Shown: piece by piece, positions 16,451-26,018 of the stretch
Layout of the letters: every line of letters starts with the position of its first letter
Position numbering within the stretch: position 1 is the first letter of the stretch
Source of the DNA: Candidatus Eiseniibacteriota bacterium
GTDB lineage: Bacteria > Arandabacterota > Arandabacteria > Arandabacterales > Arandabacteraceae
DNA length: 26,170 bases
Assembly (NCBI GenBank): GCA_043810925.1
Contig: JBDRNT010000119.1
Coordinates: 1 to 26,170, forward strand
Reading direction: 5' to 3'
Program-made: the position numbers and the translations under genes
The notes under the pieces: model-generated
The model's database searches: none
Seen by the model: only the letters and a program-made list of their open reading frames with translations
Told to the model about the DNA's origin: nothing

Positions 16451-18256
16451 CTATTCCTCTGTATACATAGAGTCTATTTCATTTCGATACCTGGCTGCTA
16501 TGTTGTTCCGTCTGAGTTTCATGGTCGGGGTAAGCAGCTGGTTTGTTATTGTGAAACCCTCCGGTAGCAGCGTAAACACCTTCACCTTCTCGTAGGAGGA
16601 GCAGGTGACCGTCGCCTTCTCGATCTCGACTGCGATAAGGTCCCTGATCTCGGCTCTTGCCAGGATCTTTCCGTAGTCTGCGGACGTCATATTCTTCTCA
16701 CGGGCGTAGCGTTCGACCGCAACCCTGTCCGGTACTATGAGCGCGACGATGTGTTTCCTTTTGTCACCGTAAACCAGAGCCTGGTCTATGTACCTGCTCT
16801 TTGTGATCTCAATTTCGATCGGTACGGGTGCCACGTTCTTGCCGTAGGATGTAACTATGACTTCTTTTATTCGCCCGGTTATGATGAGGTTTCCGTCCTC
16901 GTCAAACCTGCCCTGATCTCCCGTGTGCAGCCAGCCGTCCTCGTCAAGCGCTTCGGCAGTATCCTCGGGCCTATTGTAGTAACCTCTCATGACGTTCGGC
17001 CCCCTGACGAGGATTTCGCGGCGATCGCCTATTCGAACCTCCACATCATCGAAGGGCTTTCCCACGGTGCCCAGACGTATGTCCTCAATCAGGCCGGTTG
17101 CGACGACTGGTGATGCCTCAGTCAGGCCATACCCCTCCACAATGTTGAATCCCAACACATAGAGAGTCTTCGCGAGCTTCCTGTCAAGGGCCGCACTTCC
17201 GCAGGCGAGAAGCCGCACCCTGCCGCCCGCAATCTTTCTGAATTTCGAGGCTGCCATCGTGTCGTAGAGTGCGCACTTAAGCTTCAACAGGAGCGGGACT
17301 CTAGCGCCTGTATATCTTAGATTCGCGGCCCGGTTCAGGTTCCGGATGGCCGCTGTCACGAGTCGTCCCCTGATCGGTGAGCCCTTCCGGAGCCGCTCCT
17401 CGACAGCCTCAAAGATCTTCTCAACGAGCCTGGGAACCACGATGAGAATGGTGGGTCTGACCGCCTGGACGTCATCGACGATGCTCGCAAGGTTCTTCGC
17501 ATATGCGACGGTGGCGCCGGCAAAGAGCATGGTGTAGTGCCCACATGTCTTCTCGAACATGTGGCACAGAGGAAGAAAGGACAGAAACACGTCATTTGGC
17601 GTGATCCTGAATCGCTTAATCGAAGTCAGGGCATTGGAAAGGACGTTTCCGTGTGATAGGAGAGCGCCCTTAGGTACGCCGGTAGTGCCTGAAGTGTAAA
17701 CGATGGTTGCGATGTCGCTTTCCAGCACTGTGGATGGTTCCTCGGTTGGTTCTTCGCTGAGAGGTTCGCCTCTGCGGTTGATCAATTCATCAAATCCGAT
17801 TACGTCGGCGTCAGAGTCTATCCCCGTCGTGTCAAAGACCGCGATTGTCTCCAGACAGGGGATCTCCGTTTCGGCATCTCTGATCGAGGAGAGCAGGCCG
17901 GCGTCTTCTACGAAAACCAGCCTGGTCCCGGAATCGGTTAGTATATGCTTCACTGCCGCGGGTGACAATGTGGGATAGACCGGCACGACAATCGCACCGA
18001 TCTTCAGGACCGCCAGATCTACGATAATCCACTCAGGTCTGTTGTGGGAGAAGATCGCGACACGATCGCCCTTGCTTATACCCAGTCTGGTGATGGCACT
18101 TGCAGCCATGTTTACCGAGTCACTCATCTCTCGGTAAGAGATGCGTCTGTACGCGTGATCCTCCCCGCGATGCATCAGGGCCGTCCTTCCGGGATTCAAA
18201 GCGACCGCCCGGCTGAAGGCTTCATAGAGGGTTTCGGGTTTTCGCGCTGTGCTCAT
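16451..18256 (-). CDS. Long-chain fatty acid--CoA ligase (AMP-dependent synthetase, FadD15/FAA1-like)
   Basis: YTSGTTGVPKG, FLPLCHMFE, EGYGLTE, GWLHTGD, ITGRIKE, LTPTMKLRR. Start placed at ATG 18256 (MSTARKPETL). Confidence 0.93.
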   Translation of the reverse strand: MSTARKPETLYEAFSRAVALNPGRTALMHRGEDHAYRRISYREMSDSVNMAASAITRLGISKGDRVAIFSHNRPEWIIVDLAVLKIGAIVVPVYPTLSPAAVKHILTDSGTRLVFVEDAGLLSSIRDAETEIPCLETIAVFDTTGIDSDADVIGFDELINRRGEPLSEEPTEEPSTVLESDIATIVYTSGTTGVPKGALLSHGNVLSNALTSIKRFRITPNDVFLSFLPLCHMFEKTCGHYTMLFAGATVAYAKNLASIVDDVQAVRPTILIVVPRLVEKIFEAVEERLRKGSPIRGRLVTAAIRNLNRAANLRYTGARVPLLLKLKCALYDTMAASKFRKIAGGRVRLLACGSAALDRKLAKTLYVLGFNIVEGYGLTEASPVVATGLIEDIRLGTVGKPFDDVEVRIGDRREILVRGPNVMRGYYNRPEDTAEALDEDGWLHTGDQGRFDEDGNLIITGRIKEVIVTSYGKNVAPVPIEIEITKSRYIDQALVYGDKRKHIVALIVPDRVAVERYAREKNMTSADYGKILARAEIRDLIAVEIEKATVTCSSYEKVKVFTLLPEGFTITNQLLTPTMKLRRNNIAARYRNEIDSMYTEE

Positions 18257-18336
18257 GGCCGAATTGTATCGCCACGGTGGGTTGCAGTAAAGCGGATTGG
18301 GGAGAGCGAAGTCGGCCGGCGGAAGTCCCCTTGCGC

Positions 18337-18364
18337 TTGACAAACTAACCCACAGTGCTATGCT
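18337..18364 (+). promoter_or_regulatory. Putative sigma70 promoter of the histidine kinase gene
   Basis: TTGACA-16 nt-TATGCT with a TG extended -10, in the divergent intergenic region. Confidence 0.55.
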
Positions 18365-18560
18365 TCGGTTGCAGAGACAGGTTTAGGCACCAGTGCGACT
18401 GTCTGTGTCACTTGCATAGTTGCCTTAATCGAGGAGCGAGGTACTATGAAGGGATACGGGAACTCAGTCTGCCACGCAATGCGTCCGGGATTCAGTGCCC
18501 CGTCGGGGCAGCGAACACACCCTTTCCACGGTTACGAATCCAGTCTTAGAGGAGGCAATC

Positions 18561-21500
18561 ATGGGTGGCAAGAAGCCTTCGGATAGGAAACTGGAGAAAC
18601 GACGTGAGAAGTTCCACGAGATAATCTCGGGACTTGGCATTTTCAATGAGATCCAGGATGGTGTGAACGTCGTTAATGATCAATATGACATTGTGTTTGC
18701 AAACAAGGTTCTTGAGGATACCTTCGGGCCGTGGGAGGAACGTAAATGCTACGAGTACTTTGAGAACGAAACAGAGGTCTGCAAGACATGTCCCGGGCCC
18801 GCCGTTTTTGAGGGGAAGACGATCTGGAAGGAGTGGCATTGCTCCAAGATCGGCAGGATCTACGAGCTGATCGACTCCCCGCTACGTAACCCGGATGGGA
18901 GCATCAGCAAGCTCGAGGTTCTGCGTGACATCACTGCCCGCAAGCAGATCGAGCGGGAGCTACTGCACTCTGAGGCGAAATACGCGGCTCTCGTTGAGCA
19001 AGCAACTGACGGTGTGCTCGTAGCACAGGACAATGTCTTGAAGTTCGTCAACAAGGCCTGCGCAGACATGGTGGGCTATTCTGTGGAGGAAATGACCGGG
19101 CGGCCTTTCCTGGATGTCATAGCACCGGAGTACAGAGCTGTGATTGGGGAAAGGTATAAAGCCAGGCTGAACGGTGAAGATGTGCCATCGCTGTTCGAGG
19201 TGGAAGCCTGCTGCAGTGATGGGACAACGAAGGAGGTGGAGTTCTCTTCCGCCATAATTGAATACGAAGGTAGACCCGCCATCATGGGGATGGTTCGAGA
19301 TATTACTGAACGCCGACGTGCTCAGGAGGCCCTGAAGGCCTCTGAGGAGAGGTATCGTGCAGTTGTCGAAAACGTCAGTGCGGGAATTGCAGTTATTCAA
19401 GACGGGAAGTTCCTCTTCGCCAACCCGACACTGGCCCGGATCCTCGGTTACTCGCTGGAAGATCTTGTCGGCCGGAGTTTTCTCAGCGTCGCACATTCGG
19501 ACGACCGCCCGATCGTGATCGACACGCACCAAAGGCGACTCCGCGGTGAGGCTCTCCCCTCCTCCTATGCCGGGAGAGTAATCCGCAAGGACGGCGGTGT
19601 CCGATGGTTGGAGATCAACGGTGTAGTGATTGATTGGGGGGGGCGGCCCGCCACACTAAGCTTCGCCCTCGACATAACCGAACGCAAGCAGGCACAGGAG
19701 AGGCTGGGCTACCAGGCGAGTCTCCTTCAGAGCATATCGGACGCCATTATTGCGACGGATAAGGACTTCAAGATAACCAGCTGGAACAAGGCTGCCGAGA
19801 AAACCTACGGCTTCACCGAAGCAGAAGTTCTTGGCAGAAAGGCCGATGAGGTCACAAGGCTCGAGTATTCAACGGAACGCATCGAAATCGTGTTGGAGCG
19901 TTTCCTTAAGGAAGGGCATTGGCAAGGGGAAGTCATACAGAGACACAGGGACGGTACGTACATCTCCGTCTACACCTCAGTTACAGCTCTCAAATCTGAG
20001 TCCGGGGAGATAGTAGGTGCGGTCGGGGTTAACCGTGACGTCACCAGCCGCAAGCGTGTTGAGCAAGACCTGCGTGAACGGACACATGATCTTTGCGAAC
20101 GCGTCAAAGAGATGAAGTGCTTGTACACAGCTCATTCGCTCATGACTGATCTGGAAAAGCCACTATGTGAGGTCCTGCAGGACGTTACGAACCATCTTCC
20201 GGCAGGATGGCAGTATCCTGAAATCGCTTGTGGCAGGATCATCTTCCAGGGACGGGAATTCACGACCAACAACTTCCGTGAGACCGCCTGGAAGCAGTCA
20301 GAGGCAATCGAGATATCCGGCACGCCGGTCGGAAGCATCGAGGTTGGGTACTTAGAGGAAAGGCCGGCTGCTGACGAGGGGCCTTTTCTCATGGAAGAGC
20401 GTGAACTGATCGTTGCACTCACGAGAAGCATTGGGGGCTTCGCAGAGCGACGGCTCGCGGCGGAGACACTCAGAGAAAGTGAGGAGAAGTACCGCAGTCT
20501 CGTGGATAATTCAAGCGATGGGATCGTGATAGTGCAGGGGCTTGAAATCAAACTGGTGAATAGGGTCATGCTAACGATGTTTGGTTGCACGAGTGAGAGC
20601 GATATGTTGGGGAGATCATTTGTCGATTTCGTTACCCCTGAGTTCAGAGAGTCCATGAAGGAAAGAGGCATTGGGAGGGAGCAAGGTGAGTCAGTACCAG
20701 CGCAGTATGAGTTCAAGGGATTGCGTAGAGACGGCACAGAGTTCGATGCAGAGATTTCCCTGGCGATGCTGAAATACCAGGGCCGGCCGGCAAGGCAGGG
20801 GATAATCAGAGACATCACACGGCGGAAGATTGCAGAAGTTGCTCTCAAGGAGAGCCGGGAGCAGCTTGAGCGTTACAGCCGGGAACTTGAGGACATGGTT
20901 GACAGCCGGACTACGCGGATCCGGGAGCTCGAAAGGCAACGGACGGAAAGCGAAAAGCTGGCTGCGACCGGTCGTATGGCCGCAAAGATAGCCCATGAGA
21001 TCAACAATCCACTCGCCGGGATCAAGAACTCCTTCCTGTTGGTCAAAGACATTGCAGAGAAGGGGCATCCACACTATGCCTACGTCAACCGGATTGAGAA
21101 CGAGATCGACCGGATTGCGGTAATCGTCCGGCGCATGTTCGACCTTTACAGCCCGGACAGAAAAGAGCCGAGAAAGGTGGCGATCGATGAGGTCTTGGGC
21201 GACGTGGTCGTGTTGCTCGAAAGCAGCTACCGCCCACGGGATATCAAACTGGAAACCAGTGTTCCCGATGAACCCATAATTGCGTTCTTACCGGTGGGCT
21301 ACATCAACCAGATCCTGTTCAACACTATCAGTAACGCGATAGACGCCTCGGAGCCCGGATGCACGGTGAACGTGGCTCTGAGTACCGATGGTGATTCGGC
21401 GACGATCACGGTTGCGGACCAGGGTCGGGGTATCCCGGAGGAGATTGCCGATCGCATTTTTGAGCCGTTTTTTACGACAAAGGACGGTGCGGAGACACGT

Positions 21501-21638
21501 GGATTGGGCCTGGGGCTTTCGATCACCAAGTCAATGGTCGAGGCTTCAGGTGGATCGATCAGATTCGAGAGCACGCCCTCGGAAGGAACGGTGTTTACTG
21601 TGACTCTTCCTCTAAAGCCCGCCGCTAATTCCCTCTGA
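18561..21638 (+). CDS. Multi-PAS sensor histidine kinase (NtrB-like)
   Basis: Five PAS/PAC units ending (R)D(I/V)T.R(K/R), a GAF-like insert (WQYPE...EGPFL.EER), H-box AHEINNPL, N-box NAIDA, D.G.GI, FEPFFTTK, GLGLGL. Start ATG 18561 with GAGGAGG SD. Confidence 0.93.
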   Translation: MGGKKPSDRKLEKRREKFHEIISGLGIFNEIQDGVNVVNDQYDIVFANKVLEDTFGPWEERKCYEYFENETEVCKTCPGPAVFEGKTIWKEWHCSKIGRIYELIDSPLRNPDGSISKLEVLRDITARKQIERELLHSEAKYAALVEQATDGVLVAQDNVLKFVNKACADMVGYSVEEMTGRPFLDVIAPEYRAVIGERYKARLNGEDVPSLFEVEACCSDGTTKEVEFSSAIIEYEGRPAIMGMVRDITERRRAQEALKASEERYRAVVENVSAGIAVIQDGKFLFANPTLARILGYSLEDLVGRSFLSVAHSDDRPIVIDTHQRRLRGEALPSSYAGRVIRKDGGVRWLEINGVVIDWGGRPATLSFALDITERKQAQERLGYQASLLQSISDAIIATDKDFKITSWNKAAEKTYGFTEAEVLGRKADEVTRLEYSTERIEIVLERFLKEGHWQGEVIQRHRDGTYISVYTSVTALKSESGEIVGAVGVNRDVTSRKRVEQDLRERTHDLCERVKEMKCLYTAHSLMTDLEKPLCEVLQDVTNHLPAGWQYPEIACGRIIFQGREFTTNNFRETAWKQSEAIEISGTPVGSIEVGYLEERPAADEGPFLMEERELIVALTRSIGGFAERRLAAETLRESEEKYRSLVDNSSDGIVIVQGLEIKLVNRVMLTMFGCTSESDMLGRSFVDFVTPEFRESMKERGIGREQGESVPAQYEFKGLRRDGTEFDAEISLAMLKYQGRPARQGIIRDITRRKIAEVALKESREQLERYSRELEDMVDSRTTRIRELERQRTESEKLAATGRMAAKIAHEINNPLAGIKNSFLLVKDIAEKGHPHYAYVNRIENEIDRIAVIVRRMFDLYSPDRKEPRKVAIDEVLGDVVVLLESSYRPRDIKLETSVPDEPIIAFLPVGYINQILFNTISNAIDASEPGCTVNVALSTDGDSATITVADQGRGIPEEIADRIFEPFFTTKDGAETRGLGLGLSITKSMVEASGGSIRFESTPSEGTVFTVTLPLKPAANSL

Positions 21639-22443
21639 GCGGTATCAGATCGATCTCGAAAATCCTGGGCCAGTGCTTACCCGTGACGAAGAGCCGGTCA
21701 TTCTGACCGTCGTATGCGATGCCGTTAAGTACACCCCACTTCCCTTTGGGATCCTGTGCGCTCTGGAGCCATTTGAGATCGATCCATCCGGTTACGTCTC
21801 CCGTCGAAGGTGAAATCCTCGCGATTCGCTGCGTCGGTCTTACATTGGCAAAGACCTCTCCCCGGACGTACTCGAGTTCGTTGAGTCCTTCGACCGGGAT
21901 GCCGCCGGCATGCACCCGGATGGTGCTTACTTCTTCGAGACTTTCCGGATCCAGGAGATGTAACTCCGACGTTCCATCACTCATTATCAGATGAGTGCCA
22001 TCGTGGGTTATACCCCAGCCCTGAGTGGGGTAACTGAACTCACGCAACAACTCGAACGTGGCCTTGTCATACACAAAACCGACACGGGATGTATATGTCA
22101 GCTGGACGATTCTGTCTCCGAAGATCGTAATGCCTTCACCGAAGAGATGATCGGGAAGCTCGTACATCTTGAGAACAGCCCCGGTCTCGAGTTCGACCTT
22201 GCGGAGTGTCGACTCACCCTCGATGCCTGTGCCTTCATAGAGAAAACCGTTCTCGAAGACGAGTCCCTGTGTGAAGGCATCAGGATCATGCGGGTAGGTG
22301 TTTACTAGCTTATAGGTATAGACCGGTAGGCCTGAGGACGGCAAGGCAACCGGTTGAGGTTTTGAGCGGAACCGCGTATAGAGTAGAGCTGCTGCAATGA
22401 GCACGAGTACTATCGGAACCAGTGTCTTCAGGGCGCTACGCAC
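21625..22443 (-). CDS. Glutaminyl-peptide cyclotransferase (bacterial/plant-type glutaminyl cyclase)
   Basis: YPHDPDAFTQGL, YEGTG, FGEGIT, GWGIT.DG..LIMSDG, LNELE, VLNGIAYD, VTGK.W. GTG start at 22443 with AGGAGG SD, followed by an N-terminal membrane anchor. Confidence 0.92.
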   Translation of the reverse strand: MRSALKTLVPIVLVLIAAALLYTRFRSKPQPVALPSSGLPVYTYKLVNTYPHDPDAFTQGLVFENGFLYEGTGIEGESTLRKVELETGAVLKMYELPDHLFGEGITIFGDRIVQLTYTSRVGFVYDKATFELLREFSYPTQGWGITHDGTHLIMSDGTSELHLLDPESLEEVSTIRVHAGGIPVEGLNELEYVRGEVFANVRPTQRIARISPSTGDVTGWIDLKWLQSAQDPKGKWGVLNGIAYDGQNDRLFVTGKHWPRIFEIDLIPLRGN

Positions 22444-22548
22444 GAGAAACCTCCTGGACCTTTCTATGTCAAGCCGACCCTCACTGCCCGAAACCCTCAC
22501 TCCGCAGGCCGGTGCCGATGATGATAGCACCTCACAGTGCTTCTCGCC

Positions 22549-22577
22549 TTGAGAATTGCGGCCGCGTGTAGTATAAT
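22549..22577 (+). promoter_or_regulatory. Putative sigma70 promoter
   Basis: TTGAGA-17 nt-TATAAT upstream of GTG 22639. Confidence 0.6.
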
Positions 22578-22638
22578 ACCTCAGGACTGTACTGTAAAAG
22601 AGTCGCGAGACGGGACGTTCAGAAAAGGGGATACTGGT

Positions 22639-23241
22639 GTGTTGAGGATCTACGTCCTGGCGGCGCTATTGTGCGTCCTGCTGTCCGCAGCCGGTTTTGC
22701 AGGCTCAAATGAGAAACACAAGGTCGCGCTTCATATCCTGCCTCACGAGAGCAGGTCGTGTAGTGAGAACTTCCCCGTAATCGAGCAATGCCCCGGGATT
22801 ATCCACACGTATCTCGGCTGCGGCGAAATCGATGTGTTTCCTGTCTTCTTTGATCTTATCGAGGTGACTGCTTTGGAGTATGGGCTCACATGGCCTGCCG
22901 TTTGGGGGAACTGTGTCTATACCGCATGCGGCGGTGATGTCATAAACGGGAATATCGCCTCTCCCGGAGACGGGATATCTCATCAATGGTCGAGCTGCCG
23001 GCAGGTGCCGGTCATCATACCCGGATATGCCTGGGTCGGAATCCAGGGATTGGGCGGGGGGATTGCCCCGGTGGCCCATCCCGGCACTGGACTTATCGGC
23101 ACCACGGACTGCGACGCCGGAAAGGATGTCCCCCTGGGCATATATAGCGCCGGTGTCTGTGGTGTGCCCGGTGACGATCCCTGCTGTCTGTGCGGTACTC
23201 GGAAGACAACCTGGGGCGAGATACGGATGATATTCAGGTAG
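22639..23241 (+). CDS. Secreted Cys-rich hypothetical protein with C-terminal TTWGEIRMIFR motif
   Basis: GTG start after AAGGGG SD, signal peptide LRIYVLAALLCVLLSAAGFA, many cysteines, terminal TWGxI(K/R)xx(F/Y)R motif. Confidence 0.8.
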   Translation: MLRIYVLAALLCVLLSAAGFAGSNEKHKVALHILPHESRSCSENFPVIEQCPGIIHTYLGCGEIDVFPVFFDLIEVTALEYGLTWPAVWGNCVYTACGGDVINGNIASPGDGISHQWSSCRQVPVIIPGYAWVGIQGLGGGIAPVAHPGTGLIGTTDCDAGKDVPLGIYSAGVCGVPGDDPCCLCGTRKTTWGEIRMIFR

Positions 23242-23248
23242 ACTCCGA

Positions 23249-23728
23249 TCAGAACGCGTACAGGATCAGCGGCTGGATCGGGTCCGGCGCCCCCGGTGCG
23301 TAAATCCGAAGCAGCATGGGACCGCCATCGTCGTATGCCCGCTGATATGCATGCTTGAGCGGCACCAGACTGAATTCCAACTCGCCTGTTATCAGTGCCT
23401 CACAATCATCACCGTTCGCATTGTGAGATAGGTAAACCGATGCCTGCGGAGGATCGGATTCGAGAAACGCACTCCTGCCGTAGAGATCGAACCCATGCTC
23501 CATGCAGCCTCCACCATACTCGACCTTGAAGTACAGGATGTCTCCGGTAAGACCGATCTCTCTGATGGTCAGATCATCCGCATGAAGAGAGATGTCATCG
23601 AGAGCATCGAACATGATGACGTCGTGAGGAACTTCGGAATCACACACCGTCCTGCACGGGTCTTCATCATCGCACCCGGCGACTGTTATCACCAGTAGAG
23701 CTGCCAAAGTCACGGCAAGATGTTTCAT
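23249..23728 (-). CDS. Lipoprotein with NigD-like C-terminal domain
   Basis: ATG 23728 with GGAGG SD, lipobox VAGC, YGGGC..H.F.L.....ES.P.Q....L.H....D.CEA motif. Confidence 0.75.
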   Translation of the reverse strand: MKHLAVTLAALLVITVAGCDDEDPCRTVCDSEVPHDVIMFDALDDISLHADDLTIREIGLTGDILYFKVEYGGGCMEHGFDLYGRSAFLESDPPQASVYLSHNANGDDCEALITGELEFSLVPLKHAYQRAYDDGGPMLLRIYAPGAPDPIQPLILYAF

Positions 23729-23809
23729 GCCGTCAACCTCCCCTGATATGTCGAAAAGAGCTGGCATAGACACTCTACCCAAAACATGGCAGGACGACAA
23801 GCCGTGCGA

Positions 23810-25114
23810 TTACTCTGCCTGGGACGTCCAGCTGAAGGTGCGGACACCGATGAGGAAGCAGACGACGCCCAGTATGATCAGAATACCGCAGGGCTGAAGC
23901 ATCTCACCAAATGAGAATCCCCGCCAGACAGCACCCTCCATGGCAAGGATAGACCACTTGACCGGGCTGAAGTCGCTGATACGATGCATCCATGCAGGCA
24001 TTGCAAAGAGCGGTATCATCCCGCCCCCCAGCATGGACATCACTATTAGAACCGCCCAGCCGATTCCCCCGGCAGCCTGCTCGGTCTTGCCCACCACTGA
24101 AAGCAACATCATGATTCCAACGAACGCGATCGCCGTCGATAGCACTGCCATCACGAGCAGGGGGTAGGAGGTGGGTCGCAGGCGGAAGACGAAGAAACCG
24201 AACACATACAGGCCCACAGCGATCCCGGTCGTACTTATGAAACATGCCGCAGCTTTTCCTGCCAGGATATGCATACGGCTTATGGGAGCAACCTGAAGCC
24301 GGAGGAGGGTTCCACGGCTGCGTTCGATGACAATCGATATTGCAAAACCCGCAGAGGCACCGAGGATGCCCCAGATCACACCTTGCGGGAAGGATATCGC
24401 ATAGGAGCTGGTCGGCCACTGGCGACTGATGACGGTGACGTCGGTCCTCTCGACAACCAGTGGTTGGAAGCCGCTCACGCGGCCCTGAGCACTCAGCTCG
24501 GTGTCGGCACCGGGCTCGAGCGATTGATGTCCGAGAAAGCGGTCGAGATCGGTATAGAGCTGCTCGAGGTTGTCGCGGATGCCGGCAGGCATATTGGGGG
24601 ATGACCGGATCGATGCTCTTCCCTCTTCAATGCTTGTGCGCTGAATCGCCGGGTCGGAGAAGAACTGCTGGATCCTCTCGGCGCCGTATTTCATCAGGAT
24701 GCCCTCGATCATCGCCGCTTCGGCCTGGCGGGCCGGATCGGTACCGAGTTCCACAGTCGGGGGCTCGCCCCAGAACATCCGCCCGGATGCCTCGCCGAAG
24801 CCGCGTTTAAGTGTAACGTACGCTATGGCCTTGCGACGACGGACGAGGTCAACCGCCTCTTCATGGCTGGCAGTGGTTATGTCGAGCTCCGGTGCCGAGT
24901 CGAGAGTACTCACAAACTCCTGCGATCTTTCAGTCTCATCCTCATCGACAAGCAGAATCGCCATGGCGCTGTGGCCTCCGCCGCCACCTCCGCCGAATAT
25001 GGTTCCGAAGAAGATCGCGATTATGAGCGGCCACATCAACGTGAAGAAGAACCCGGTCTTGTCCCGGAGCAGCAGCCGCAGGTCCTTGTGTGCCAGCGTC
25101 AAGATCTCTCGCAT
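23810..25114 (-). CDS. ABC-2 type transporter permease
   Basis: KDLRLLLRD, large extracytoplasmic loop, ERSRGTLLRL..AP....ILAGK, LGG...P...MP.W...IS.FSP. Translationally coupled to the ATPase gene. Confidence 0.92.
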   Translation of the reverse strand: MREILTLAHKDLRLLLRDKTGFFFTLMWPLIIAIFFGTIFGGGGGGGHSAMAILLVDEDETERSQEFVSTLDSAPELDITTASHEEAVDLVRRRKAIAYVTLKRGFGEASGRMFWGEPPTVELGTDPARQAEAAMIEGILMKYGAERIQQFFSDPAIQRTSIEEGRASIRSSPNMPAGIRDNLEQLYTDLDRFLGHQSLEPGADTELSAQGRVSGFQPLVVERTDVTVISRQWPTSSYAISFPQGVIWGILGASAGFAISIVIERSRGTLLRLQVAPISRMHILAGKAAACFISTTGIAVGLYVFGFFVFRLRPTSYPLLVMAVLSTAIAFVGIMMLLSVVGKTEQAAGGIGWAVLIVMSMLGGGMIPLFAMPAWMHRISDFSPVKWSILAMEGAVWRGFSFGEMLQPCGILIILGVVCFLIGVRTFSWTSQAE

Positions 25115-25962
25115 CAGTTGTCCCTCAGATGTTTGCCGGTCAGATTGAGAAAGACCCCCTCGAGATCCGGGCTTTCGACGCTGAACCTCAGGAGCTTGCC
25201 GCCTTCCTGAAGTCTCACAAGTTCTACCATCGGATCAACGGCCTCCAGACGCACCTCTCCATCGGCTCGTTCGGCCGTTATGACACTCTTGCCGCCATAC
25301 GCTGCGATAAGGCCGTCGACGGTATCAAGTGCAAGCAACTTACCGTGGTCCATTATGCCCACCCGGTCACAGAGGCGCTGGGCTTCTTCCATGTAGTGGG
25401 TCGTGTAGACGACAGTGCGGCCCTCGGTCCGCATGATCTTGATCTTCTCAAAGATGGCGCTTCGCGACTGGGTGTCAACGCCCACCGTGGGCTCATCCAG
25501 AAGCAGGAGCGGCGGATCGTGGACCAGAGCCACAACGAGATTGAGCCTTCGCTTCATGCCGCCTGAATACGTCTTGACTCTGGAGCGGCGGCGGTCGGTG
25601 AGATTGACGAAGTCGAGAGCCCACTCAACCCGCTCCCTGAGTTTTCGTCCGCTGAGCCCGTGCATCCTGCCGAAGAATGCCAGGTTCTCCTCGCCCGTAA
25701 GGTTCTCGTAGATGGCGAGAGCCTGAGGGGCGACACCGATCATGGAACGTACTTCCGGCCGTGTAGGCGGGCCCTGGCCGTCGAAATCCACCGAGCCGCT
25801 GTCGGGCTCCAGCAGTCCGACCGCCATGTTCACCGTAGTCGTCTTACCTGCACCGTTGGGTCCGAGGAGACCGAAGATCTCCCCGCGCGGGATGTCGAGC
25901 GTGAGGTCGTCGACCGCAACGATGGTGCCGAAAGCCTTGTTCAAGCCTCTTAAGTTTATCAT
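25114..25962 (-). CDS. ABC transporter ATP-binding protein (DrrA/NatA-like exporter)
   Basis: Walker A GPNGAGKTT, signature YSGGMKRR, Walker B LLLLDEPT, H-loop TTHYMEEA. Confidence 0.95.
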   Translation of the reverse strand: MINLRGLNKAFGTIVAVDDLTLDIPRGEIFGLLGPNGAGKTTTVNMAVGLLEPDSGSVDFDGQGPPTRPEVRSMIGVAPQALAIYENLTGEENLAFFGRMHGLSGRKLRERVEWALDFVNLTDRRRSRVKTYSGGMKRRLNLVVALVHDPPLLLLDEPTVGVDTQSRSAIFEKIKIMRTEGRTVVYTTHYMEEAQRLCDRVGIMDHGKLLALDTVDGLIAAYGGKSVITAERADGEVRLEAVDPMVELVRLQEGGKLLRFSVESPDLEGVFLNLTGKHLRDN

Positions 25963-26018
25963 GGGTCTTATCCTGTACCGATCCTACACTGCTATGTCGC
26001 AGTGGTCAACAATGTCCT

